From Candidatus Saccharimonadales bacterium (GTDB lineage: Bacteria; Patescibacteriota; Saccharimonadia; Saccharimonadales; DASZAF01), in assembly GCA_035480055.1 (NCBI GenBank), contig DATIIB010000003.1, positions 39,053 through 103,052 on the forward strand: a stretch of DNA of 64,000 nt, read 5' to 3'. Position numbers and translations under genes: made by a program. Each line of letters starts with the position of its first letter. Position 1 is the stretch's first letter. Shown one piece after another: positions 45,077 to 52,368 of the stretch. A model generated the notes under the pieces. That model was not told the origin of the DNA. It made no database searches and worked only from the letters and a program-made list of their open reading frames with translations.

Positions 45077-45859
45077 TCAGTACGTAATTTCGAGTGGCTC
45101 ACCAAGCTGCCACATTGCTTCAAACAACTGAAACATCATCTGGTAGAGCGTGGGATGGTGGATCTCGAGTGCATGGGGATTTTCCTTGCTGTAATCAAGA
45201 AGGGTGACTACATTGTCGTAGATATAGACTTCAAAACTGATGGTGAGGATTTTTGGATCGATGTGCCGTAAAAAGGCGCGACTTGGAGCGAAGGGCTCAA
45301 GATCGGCAGCTTTGGCTTCGGTGTCGTTGGTGAGATCGTAGCTGATGAGCTGGCGTTCGATTTGGCGTTCGCGGTGGCGTTTGGTAAATGCAGCGTCAAG
45401 GTGTTGGGAGAGGTGCGCAGCTTCAAATACGCGGTATTCTTGAGTTGCCTTGGTGAGGTTCCAGTTGGCTTGTTTGAGGCCAGCCAAACCGTAGTAGTGA
45501 TGCGTTGTGGCTTTGGGACCGCTTGCTCCGGCTAGGTGCTGCAGTAATTCGCTCATATCTTTTAAATCATGTTTGAGCGCAGTTGTTTCAGCTTCACGCA
45601 TGGCGATCGTAGCTTCCAGATTCTCCAGCGGCAAGGATCGGAATAAGGTGCCGTAACTTAATTGCTCGCTGCTCACCAGCCCCTTGGCCTGCAATGTTTC
45701 GAGGTGCCGATAGGTTTGCGTGCGGCTACTGCCGGTTGCTTTGCTGAGCTGCAAAGCCGAAACAGGCCCGAGCTTCACCAGCGCGATGTAGGCTTTGGCC
45801 GCGGCGGCATCAATATCGACATGGCTCAGGTAAGTTTGCAACTGCGATTGGGTGTCCAT
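45077..45859 (-). CDS. TrmB-family transcriptional regulator
   Basis: N-terminal winged HTH (AAKAYIALVKLGPVSALQLSKATGSSRTQTYRHLETLQAKGLV) plus a TrmB-type C-terminal domain. The start at 45859 follows a TATACT box by 6 nt; the longer ORF-track N-terminus is rejected. Confidence 0.75.
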   Translation of the reverse strand: MDTQSQLQTYLSHVDIDAAAAKAYIALVKLGPVSALQLSKATGSSRTQTYRHLETLQAKGLVSSEQLSYGTLFRSLPLENLEATIAMREAETTALKHDLKDMSELLQHLAGASGPKATTHHYYGLAGLKQANWNLTKATQEYRVFEAAHLSQHLDAAFTKRHRERQIERQLISYDLTNDTEAKAADLEPFAPSRAFLRHIDPKILTISFEVYIYDNVVTLLDYSKENPHALEIHHPTLYQMMFQLFEAMWQLGEPLEITY

Positions 45860-45865
45860 AGGTGC

Positions 45866-45871
45866 AGTATA
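45866..45871 (-). promoter_or_regulatory. -10 TATACT (minus strand), 6 nt from the TrmB-regulator ATG (45859)
   Basis: The minus strand reads GCTATACTGCACCTATG. Confidence 0.45.
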
Positions 45872-45878
45872 GCGTAGT

Positions 45879-45950
45879 TGTCCGATTTTTTGGACACATG
45901 TTTGTGGAGAATGTGGACAACCATGTACAGTGTGTCCAGACATAAGGACA
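45879..45950. promoter_or_regulatory. Two TGTCC-N8-GGACA palindromes (plus two lone half-sites nearby): candidate TrmB-regulator operators
   Basis: TGTCC 45879-83/GGACA 45892-96 and TGTCC 45933-37/GGACA 45946-50, with centres 54 nt apart. Extra half-sites lie at 45853-57 and 45915-19, all within the 97-nt divergent intergenic region. Confidence 0.6.
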
Positions 45951-45956
45951 AGTAGG

Positions 45957-46547
45957 ATGAGAAACGTTTTATTAATGGTGGGAAGTGGGTTGCCGACGCT
46001 CTCGACCATTGTGTACATTATTTCGGTGGTGCAGGGTAAGACCAAACCACATCGCACCACGTACACCTTGTTTGTGCTGATTACGAGTCTGACGTTTGCC
46101 TCATTGCTTGCCAGTCATGACCGATCTGGTATTTGGTTGGCCGGAGTGTCTGTGCTGCAAACACTGGCGATTTGCGGACTCGCATTTAAGTGGGGGATGG
46201 GTGGCAAGGATCCTTTTGACGTACTTTGCGTGTTGCTGTGTGTGGGTGGCATCGCAGTATGGCTGGCAACAGGGGAGTCGCTGATCGGTCTGTTGGCTGC
46301 GATTGTGGCCGACTTTTTGGCTTTGCTGCCGGCGCTGCGTAAAATGTGGCGACATCCGTATACCGAAATCTGGACTTTTTATGCCCTCGATACGGTAGCA
46401 GCACTGGCAATTGTGGCGGCTGGGCCATACGGTTGGCGCGCGGTTTTGTATCCCGGGTATCTTAGCAGTGTTAACTTTTTGTGCGTGGCCATTATTGCCT
46501 GGCGCCAACGCCAAAAACGGATTGCCTCGTTGCCGCTTGCGCAGTAG
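45957..46547 (+). CDS. 7-TM membrane protein with apparent 3+1+3 internal repeat (PQ-loop/SWEET-like topology?)
   Basis: Seven hydrophobic helices. The post-TM1 segment (VQGKTKPHRTTYTLF) resembles the post-TM5 segment (LRKMWRHPYTEIWTFY). Divergent from the TrmB regulator. Confidence 0.55.
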   Translation: MRNVLLMVGSGLPTLSTIVYIISVVQGKTKPHRTTYTLFVLITSLTFASLLASHDRSGIWLAGVSVLQTLAICGLAFKWGMGGKDPFDVLCVLLCVGGIAVWLATGESLIGLLAAIVADFLALLPALRKMWRHPYTEIWTFYALDTVAALAIVAAGPYGWRAVLYPGYLSSVNFLCVAIIAWRQRQKRIASLPLAQ

Positions 46548-46585
46548 AGTGGGAGAGAAGTTATCGTAACCAAAGGAGGTGGGTT

Positions 46586-47089
46586 GTGCCAAAGTTGAGC
46601 GCAGGTATCCTGGTATATCGTGGCAGTCAGCAGCAACTGGAGGTGTTCTTGGTGCATCCTGGCGGGCCGTTCTGGGCCAAAAAGGACAAAGGTGCGTGGT
46701 CGTTGCCTAAGGGCGAATATGCCGAAGGTGAAACCCCTTGGGAGGCGGCGAAGCGTGAATTTCAAGAAGAAACAGGCCAGCCAGTGCCTGGTGGTGAGCC
46801 ATTGGAACTCGGCCAGGTAAAATACGGCAACAAAATTTTAACCGCGTGGGCAATAGCGGGCGAGATGGATGCTAGTCGTGTGTCTAGCAATATGTTTAGC
46901 ATGGAATGGCCGCCGCGGTCGGGCAAGACCCAGGAATTTCCAGAGGTAGACCGGGCGGGTTGGTTCACGCCAGCTGTTGCTCAGACTAAGTTGGTGAGTG
47001 GGCAGGTAGAACTTGTTGACCGGTTGCTCCAAAAATTGGGCATTAGCCAGCCGCAAAACGACGAGCCAACACAGATTTCACTTCTCTAA
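46586..47089 (+). CDS. NUDIX hydrolase
   Basis: Nudix box GEYAEGETPWEAAKREFQEETG. GTG start 5 nt after a strong SD AAAGGAGGT. Confidence 0.8.
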   Translation: MPKLSAGILVYRGSQQQLEVFLVHPGGPFWAKKDKGAWSLPKGEYAEGETPWEAAKREFQEETGQPVPGGEPLELGQVKYGNKILTAWAIAGEMDASRVSSNMFSMEWPPRSGKTQEFPEVDRAGWFTPAVAQTKLVSGQVELVDRLLQKLGISQPQNDEPTQISLL

Positions 47090-47103
47090 AATAGCTCAAA
47101 CGA

Positions 47104-47112
47104 TGCTATAAT
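47104..47112 (+). promoter_or_regulatory. Extended -10 (TGCTATAAT) upstream of the 47134 gene (leadered, with SD)
   Basis: Followed by AAAGGAGG and ATG 47134. Confidence 0.5.
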
Positions 47113-47133
47113 TATAAGTGAAAGGAGGCGCCC

Positions 47134-47508
47134 ATGCGGTTCCATCCGGAGCATGACACACTGACCGTTACTCTAGAGGGTTGGGAAAGAGTCTGGGCGC
47201 TCAAAAAAAGTCTTGCCATCCCCGCGGCAGCGATTATGGCCGTTACCTTTACGCCAGACAGGCCACACAGAGTAGGGCAATGGACACCGCGGCTTCGTTT
47301 CCCTGGCACGGCGATTCCAGGAATATTCCTGGCCGGTACGTATCTGTGGCGCGGCGAGCGAGACTTCTGGTATCTACACTTAAGACGCCCCGGAGTGCTC
47401 ACTATTATCTGTCATCCAGGTGCGTTTGCCTACAACACAATCTGCCTGAGTTGCGACGAAGCCACCGGGCACGAACTCCTTTATTGGTGGAAGGCGCGCC
47501 AAAAATGA
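47134..47508 (+). CDS. Hypothetical protein (124 aa)
   Basis: TGCTATAAT promoter-like box and AAAGGAGG SD upstream. ATGA overlap with the next gene. No family recognised. Confidence 0.6.
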   Translation: MRFHPEHDTLTVTLEGWERVWALKKSLAIPAAAIMAVTFTPDRPHRVGQWTPRLRFPGTAIPGIFLAGTYLWRGERDFWYLHLRRPGVLTIICHPGAFAYNTICLSCDEATGHELLYWWKARQK

Positions 47509-48029
47509 ATGAAGATTTGTTTAATCCATATCCCGCAGCGTGCGGATTCATTGGCATCAATGGCGAGAAGCGTGATGCCAAGCTGGTGAAGTTTGACAGT
47601 ATTTTTGAGCTTGACTGTCCCCAAGCGGTCGAGGAGCTCACGAATGCCACAGTGCTATGCGACTTTGCAACGCTCAAGCCTCAGGAAGCGGTTGCCTTGT
47701 ATCTTCAGGGCGGCACAGCAAGTGGCACGGTATGGTTTGTTACTCGTGGGAGCAACCAAAGGCTCTACCTTGATGTCTATGATGCCGACCGCGGCCAGTT
47801 ATTGTTTGAAAATGGGCTGTGCAGACTGCTAAGTGCGTGCGCCGACACCAAAGAATGGGGTCAGGTGTGGGAAGCGGATCGCTCACGCGCCAAAGAAGGA
47901 TTCGGGTTGCGGGCCAAATTTGTAACTGAGAGAAATGGACACGTGAGTCACCTTGAAACGCTACTTGCAAGTCCGGTGCGCAGCTGCTCAAGTGTCGTTG
48001 TGGTGGATGACCCAGCGGTGTGGGGATAA
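47505..48029 (+). CDS. Hypothetical protein (174 aa)
   Basis: Translationally coupled (ATGA) to the 47134 gene. The ORF-track N-terminal extension from 47181 overlaps the upstream gene out of frame and is rejected. Confidence 0.55.
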   Translation: MNEDLFNPYPAACGFIGINGEKRDAKLVKFDSIFELDCPQAVEELTNATVLCDFATLKPQEAVALYLQGGTASGTVWFVTRGSNQRLYLDVYDADRGQLLFENGLCRLLSACADTKEWGQVWEADRSRAKEGFGLRAKFVTERNGHVSHLETLLASPVRSCSSVVVVDDPAVWG

Positions 48030-48045
48030 CGACTCGCCATGCATC

Positions 48046-48054
48046 TGATATAAT
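48046..48054 (+). promoter_or_regulatory. Extended -10 (TGATATAAT), 7 nt from the CDP-alcohol transferase ATG
   Basis: Hexamer at 48049-54; ATG at 48062. Confidence 0.55.
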
Positions 48055-48061
48055 CTGAGTA

Positions 48062-48685
48062 ATGTCTCAGATACTTAATTCTGTCCGTGATACAGTACGC
48101 CTTGTGATGCGCCAGGTTGCGCGTGGCCTCAATACTGCCAGCGGTGGAAAACTTCATCCAGATGCCGTCACTTTAATTGGACTGGCCATGCATGTGCCCA
48201 TTGCGGTGCTGATCGCCACTGGGCACAATGTCTGGGCGGCGGTGTTGTTGGTGATCTTTGGGCTCTTCGACACGCTTGATGGTGAGCTGGCGCGTTTGCA
48301 GCACCGGGCAAGCGAACGCGGCATGCTGCTTGATGCCGCAACTGATCGTATGAAAGAGGTGTTACTTTATATGGGTGCAGCCTACGTGTTGGCTTACGGC
48401 ACCACGCCTGGCCACGCAGTGTGGGCAGTAGCCGCGTGCGGTGCTTCACTGTGCGTCAGCTATATTAAAGCCAAAGGAGAGAGCGCGGTGGCCAGCAAAA
48501 AAACCATTCCTCACGCCGAGCTCAACCGCATGTTTAAAGATGGCATTGCGCCGTTTGAAGTGCGCATGGCTATCTTGGTGCTCGGATTGCTCGCCAATCA
48601 ACTGGTGTGGGCAGTAGCTATCGTCGCGCTGCTGGCCACCTATACCGCCTTCCAACGTCTGATTATGATTAGTAAAAAACTATGA
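48062..48685 (+). CDS. CDP-alcohol phosphatidyltransferase family membrane enzyme
   Basis: Signature DGELARLQHRASERGMLLDAATDR is consistent with D-G-x2-A-R-x8-G-x3-D-x3-D. About 6 TM helices. Confidence 0.85.
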   Translation: MSQILNSVRDTVRLVMRQVARGLNTASGGKLHPDAVTLIGLAMHVPIAVLIATGHNVWAAVLLVIFGLFDTLDGELARLQHRASERGMLLDAATDRMKEVLLYMGAAYVLAYGTTPGHAVWAVAACGASLCVSYIKAKGESAVASKKTIPHAELNRMFKDGIAPFEVRMAILVLGLLANQLVWAVAIVALLATYTAFQRLIMISKKL

Positions 48686-49338
48686 GCACGTACAAGGTTG
48701 ATCTTCATACTCATTCGCAAGCGTCCAAAGACGGCGCCTTAACCGAGGCCGATTACGAACGTGCGCTTACCAACGGGCAGCTTGACACTATCGCGATTAC
48801 CGACCACAACACGGCCGAGTTTGCTCTTGATCTGCGTCGGACACTTGGCGAACGCATTATTGTCGGCGAGGAAATAGCGACGCTGGAAGGGGAGATCATC
48901 GGCCTGTTTCTTACCGAAACAATCCCACCATTTTTGTCCGCCCGCGAAACGGTCAAGAGAATTAAGGCCCAAAAAGGTCTGGTCTATGTTCCGCATCCTT
49001 TTGAAACGGTTCGCAAAGGTATCACGGCCGAAGCGCTGGAGGGTATTGCCGAAAGCGTAGATATTATTGAGGTTCATAATGGGCGAGCGGTATTTCAGAA
49101 TCGCTCAGAGCTTGCGCGGGAATGGTCGGTGCAGCATGAAGTGCCCGGCGCGGCCAGTAGCGACGGGCATGGACCGCGGGGATGGGGAAGAACTTATTCG
49201 GTGGTGACCGCCATGCCAACTCGCCAAAATTTGGTGACATTGCTGCATCAAGCCACGTACGAGGCTCACTGGCCCGGCGTGCTTGGCGTGCTGTATCCCA
49301 AACTCAACAGGTTACGGAAAAAATTTGCCCATGGGTAA
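48682..49338 (+). CDS. PHP-domain metal-dependent phosphoesterase
   Basis: N-terminal VDLHTHSQASKDG, internal ITDHN and later H/D residues typical of PHP. ATGA overlap with the upstream gene. Confidence 0.75.
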   Translation: MSTYKVDLHTHSQASKDGALTEADYERALTNGQLDTIAITDHNTAEFALDLRRTLGERIIVGEEIATLEGEIIGLFLTETIPPFLSARETVKRIKAQKGLVYVPHPFETVRKGITAEALEGIAESVDIIEVHNGRAVFQNRSELAREWSVQHEVPGAASSDGHGPRGWGRTYSVVTAMPTRQNLVTLLHQATYEAHWPGVLGVLYPKLNRLRKKFAHG

Positions 49339-49888
49339 AGATATCTTGTTTGCATTGTGGTTTTTTGCGCCCGCAGGTATTGCCAATGCGTCACCGATTT
49401 TTGTCTCGCGATTTCCTGGGCTCAAAAACCTGAATACGCCAATGGATTTTGGGGCCACGTGGCGCGGCAAACGACTATTTGGCAAAAACAAAACGTGGCG
49501 CGGCTTAATCTCAGGAATGGTTATGGCAACCGTGACACTGGCGTTGCAACAATATGCTGTCCGTCATTTTGGCTGGGCGCAGACCCTTACGCGGCAGATT
49601 GATTATGCAAAGCTGCCATTGTTCGTTGTAGGGCCCTTGCTGGGCGCAGGGGCGCTTATCGGTGATGCAGTGGAAAGTTTCTTTAAGCGCCAGCGCGAAG
49701 TGCCGCCTGGACACGCGTGGTTCCCATTTGACCAGATCGACTATGTGGTAGGCGGCGCCATTGCTATGCTGCCCTTTGTGCGATTACATATGTGGCAATA
49801 TGTATGGTTAGTGGTGGTGTGGATTGTGCTGCATTTACTTGCAAGTTACGTAGGATTTTTGCTGCATCTTAAAGAACGTCCAATTTAG
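49331..49888 (+). CDS. CarS-like (DUF46, CDP-archaeol synthase family) membrane cytidylyltransferase
   Basis: 185 aa, ~5 TM. The N-terminal FFAPAGIANASPIF and the P.DFG...RGKRLFGKNKTWRG motif resemble CarS/DUF46. 8-nt overlap with the PHP gene. Confidence 0.6.
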   Translation: MGKDILFALWFFAPAGIANASPIFVSRFPGLKNLNTPMDFGATWRGKRLFGKNKTWRGLISGMVMATVTLALQQYAVRHFGWAQTLTRQIDYAKLPLFVVGPLLGAGALIGDAVESFFKRQREVPPGHAWFPFDQIDYVVGGAIAMLPFVRLHMWQYVWLVVVWIVLHLLASYVGFLLHLKERPI

Positions 49889-50876
49889 AGTTTGGCTCCG
49901 GCAGTACACCTGGCGGTTTGCCTTCAGTAAGACTGAGTCGTTCCAATGAAGCCAGTAGAGCGGTAGCCAGCCTTTGTCGGCCTGCATGGTGATGGCGGGT
50001 GATTGTCTCAAGCATTGATTCACCCTCTGGAGAAAGGTCGGCTGCGATGTCGTGCAAAAAGAAGGTGTCGTCTTCGTGGTACGTGCGCAAAAGATACTCG
50101 CTGAGGATACCAGGCGTCAGCGCCTGCACGCGGTAGGCCAGTAAGGTGAGGGTGTTGTACAATTGTTGCGTTTCTTTGGGCACCCGCAATGGCTGTGCCA
50201 ACTCAAAGGCATGCTGGAAGCTGCTGGCGATGCGCAGAAAATCGTGACTTGCGCCGAGCAGAATATCTAAGGCATCGTCCATGGCTTCAAAATGCACAAA
50301 CTGATCACGGCTGAGGTCGGTAATGTCGATATTTTGTGAGGTAAAAAAGTGTTCGACTTGTTGCCACGCGGTAGCCACCGCTTCCTCCAGGAGATGCTTC
50401 GGAAGCAACCCGTGACCTGGCAAATCTGCGGTGCCGGTCAGGTCAACGAGCAAGGCGCCGGTTGGTAGTTGGGTAAGCAGCGGTTCATATGCACTCATTG
50501 GCGACTGCGAAGCAATGTAGACTGTAAAACAGCTCAGCGGTGCTTGGTCGCATTGCTCTGGAGTAACAAAAAACACATGCGTGTCAGGGCTTTGAAGGGG
50601 AGTCTTGGCCGCGAACTGCATGTGCTGCATATGAGTGATGGTGTAGGTAAAGCGGAGGATCTTGTCGGCGTTAAGGGTGGAGGCTCGTTGCCGCTGAATG
50701 GTCCTGGCGAGCTTGAGCCATTGCTTGCGCGCAACCCTCATGGTAGAGAAAGGACTGTCGCAAATCACCAGCGCCTTGCCCAGATATTGCCGGGAATGCA
50801 GGTGACGCATCATGTCCGAGGCAAGCAAGGTAGTTTGATCTAACGGCTTTGGCCGCGCTTCAAAATAACGGTCCAT
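49869..50876 (-). CDS. Hypothetical protein (335 aa)
   Basis: Long ORF downstream of radC with its own GAAGGG SD-like sequence. No family recognised. Confidence 0.6.
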   Translation of the reverse strand: MDRYFEARPKPLDQTTLLASDMMRHLHSRQYLGKALVICDSPFSTMRVARKQWLKLARTIQRQRASTLNADKILRFTYTITHMQHMQFAAKTPLQSPDTHVFFVTPEQCDQAPLSCFTVYIASQSPMSAYEPLLTQLPTGALLVDLTGTADLPGHGLLPKHLLEEAVATAWQQVEHFFTSQNIDITDLSRDQFVHFEAMDDALDILLGASHDFLRIASSFQHAFELAQPLRVPKETQQLYNTLTLLAYRVQALTPGILSEYLLRTYHEDDTFFLHDIAADLSPEGESMLETITRHHHAGRQRLATALLASLERLSLTEGKPPGVLPEPNSKLDVL

Positions 50877-50982
50877 ATTCTGTACCCTTCAACGTTTATG
50901 GCTAACTCATAGGCTACGCATTAAATACGTATCCCGAACGCCAGTCATCATATCATAAAGCTACCGAAAGTTTACAACAGTT

Positions 50983-51648
50983 TTATAAAAGATGATGCTG
51001 GCTACAACTAAAGTAGTTAGTTTTTGTCACAACGATGTGATCTCGAACCGGGATGCCGAGCAAATGTCCGGCAGCTGTCAGTTGTTGTGTTAATGTTACA
51101 TCCTTGTAGCTCGGCGTCGGGTCACCGGACGGATGATTATGGGCCACAATGATGCACGCTGCACGGTCCATGATGGCATCGGCAAATACTTCTCGTGGAT
51201 GAGCGAGCACGGTATTAAGGGTGCCAATGGTGATCGTTCGCTGTGCGATCAACCGTTGTCCGCCATCGAGCGACATACAAATAAAATGCTCTTGCTGCCG
51301 GCTACGAATGTCATCCAAACGCGCCAAGATGTCATCAATGCCGCGGAGTGGTTCGCTGTCACGCACCAAATGTCGTTTGGCTAGTTCGAGCGCTGCCAGC
51401 AACTTACCCGCGTGACCAACGCTGATGCCTTTGATCGACGTGAGTGTTTCAAAGCTAAACGCGGCGGTGCCCTTATGTAGCTTTTTTTGGACGCGTCTGG
51501 CAAGATTACTGACATCGGTCTTGCCAGCGCCGTTGCCGATGAGCACTTCCAACAACTCAAAATCAGAGAGGGCGGCTGGGCCTTTGCGCTGCAATTTTTC
51601 GCGCGGGCGGTCTTGGAGCGGCAGTTGATATATTGATCGATGTGCCAT
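50983..51648 (-). CDS. radC: RadC-like JAB-domain protein (UPF0758)
   Basis: N-terminal HhH-like PRE.L...G...LSD.ELL..L.G and a C-terminal JAMM-like HNHPSGDPTPS. Confidence 0.85.
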   Translation of the reverse strand: MAHRSIYQLPLQDRPREKLQRKGPAALSDFELLEVLIGNGAGKTDVSNLARRVQKKLHKGTAAFSFETLTSIKGISVGHAGKLLAALELAKRHLVRDSEPLRGIDDILARLDDIRSRQQEHFICMSLDGGQRLIAQRTITIGTLNTVLAHPREVFADAIMDRAACIIVAHNHPSGDPTPSYKDVTLTQQLTAAGHLLGIPVRDHIVVTKTNYFSCSQHHLL

Positions 51649-51651
51649 AAT

Positions 51652-51691
51652 GCCCGGGAGTGTAGCACTTTGCTACCGCAATTCCCAGGGC
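51652..51691. promoter_or_regulatory. Nested inverted repeats in the radC/MBL divergent promoter region
   Basis: GCCCGGGA...TCCCAGGGC flanks GTAGCA-CTT-TGCTAC (51662-51676) and overlaps the radC -10-like box. Confidence 0.3.
51659..51667 (-). promoter_or_regulatory. Extended -10 (TGCTACACT, minus strand), 10 nt from the radC ATG (51648)
   Basis: The minus strand reads GTGCTACACTCCCGGGCATTATG. Confidence 0.4.
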
Positions 51692-51694
51692 GAG

Positions 51695-51700
51695 TATAAT
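51695..51700 (+). promoter_or_regulatory. -10 TATAAT, 6 nt from the MBL-fold gene ATG
   Basis: TATAAT at 51695-700; ATG at 51707. Confidence 0.5.
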
Positions 51701-51706
51701 AAAAGC

Positions 51707-52351
51707 ATGAAGATTACACGCTTTCCACAGTCATGTATATTGCTCGAAAAAGCCGGGCAGCAGATCGTTATCGACCCGGGTATGCATTTTTTGGGTACTC
51801 ATAAAACAGAGGAGCTCTTCGAGGTGGCAGCAGCGCTGTATACGCATCAGCACCCCGACCATTACGAGCCATCGATTGCCGACAGCTTGCTTCAAAAAGG
51901 CAAAGCGCTATATGCCAATTCGGCAACGGCGGAGCTGATTGGAAAAACTCGCTGCACCGTAGTGGCCGATGGTGAATCCTTTACGGTTGCCGGTTTCAAC
52001 ATCACCGCTCACGAATTGCCTCATTGCTTGTTGCCAGATGGTTCGGCAGGGCCGCAGAACACCGGATATGTGATCGATGGTGTCTTTTTCCATCCTGGTG
52101 ATGGCAAAGAGATGCAGGCGGCGCTGACCATTGATACAGTGGCGCTGCCTATTACCGGCCCAGACGTGAGTTTGCTTGATTCATTTAACTTTGCCAAAAA
52201 ACTTGGCGCGCGGCTGGCGATTCCTATCCACTTTGACTGGATGGGCGCTGACCCCACAGCCTATAAGTTGTTTGCCGAAGGATCAAAAATGCCTTTTGAG
52301 TTTCATCCGCTCAGCGATGGTGAATCATTGGAGATCCCTGACGGCAACTAA
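51707..52351 (+). CDS. Metallo-beta-lactamase fold hydrolase
   Basis: THQHPDHY (HxHxDH) motif; ~214 aa. Confidence 0.75.
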   Translation: MKITRFPQSCILLEKAGQQIVIDPGMHFLGTHKTEELFEVAAALYTHQHPDHYEPSIADSLLQKGKALYANSATAELIGKTRCTVVADGESFTVAGFNITAHELPHCLLPDGSAGPQNTGYVIDGVFFHPGDGKEMQAALTIDTVALPITGPDVSLLDSFNFAKKLGARLAIPIHFDWMGADPTAYKLFAEGSKMPFEFHPLSDGESLEIPDGN

Positions 52352-52360
52352 TGCTATAAT
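52352..52360 (+). promoter_or_regulatory. Extended -10 (TGCTATAAT), 8 nt from the GH1 ATG
   Basis: Hexamer at 52355-60; ATG at 52369. Confidence 0.55.
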
Positions 52361-52368
52361 CAACAACT

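Noticed and set aside
45860-46066. 69-codon N-terminal extension of the TrmB-regulator ORF
   Set aside because: It would run through the operator-rich intergenic region and into the divergent 7-TM gene. The wHTH begins right after Met70, and a TATACT box sits 6 nt upstream of that ATG.
47181-47504. N-terminal 108-codon extension of the 282-aa ORF
   Set aside because: It overlaps the 47134-47508 gene out of frame along its whole length. The internal ATG at 47505 forms a classic ATGA coupling with the upstream stop.
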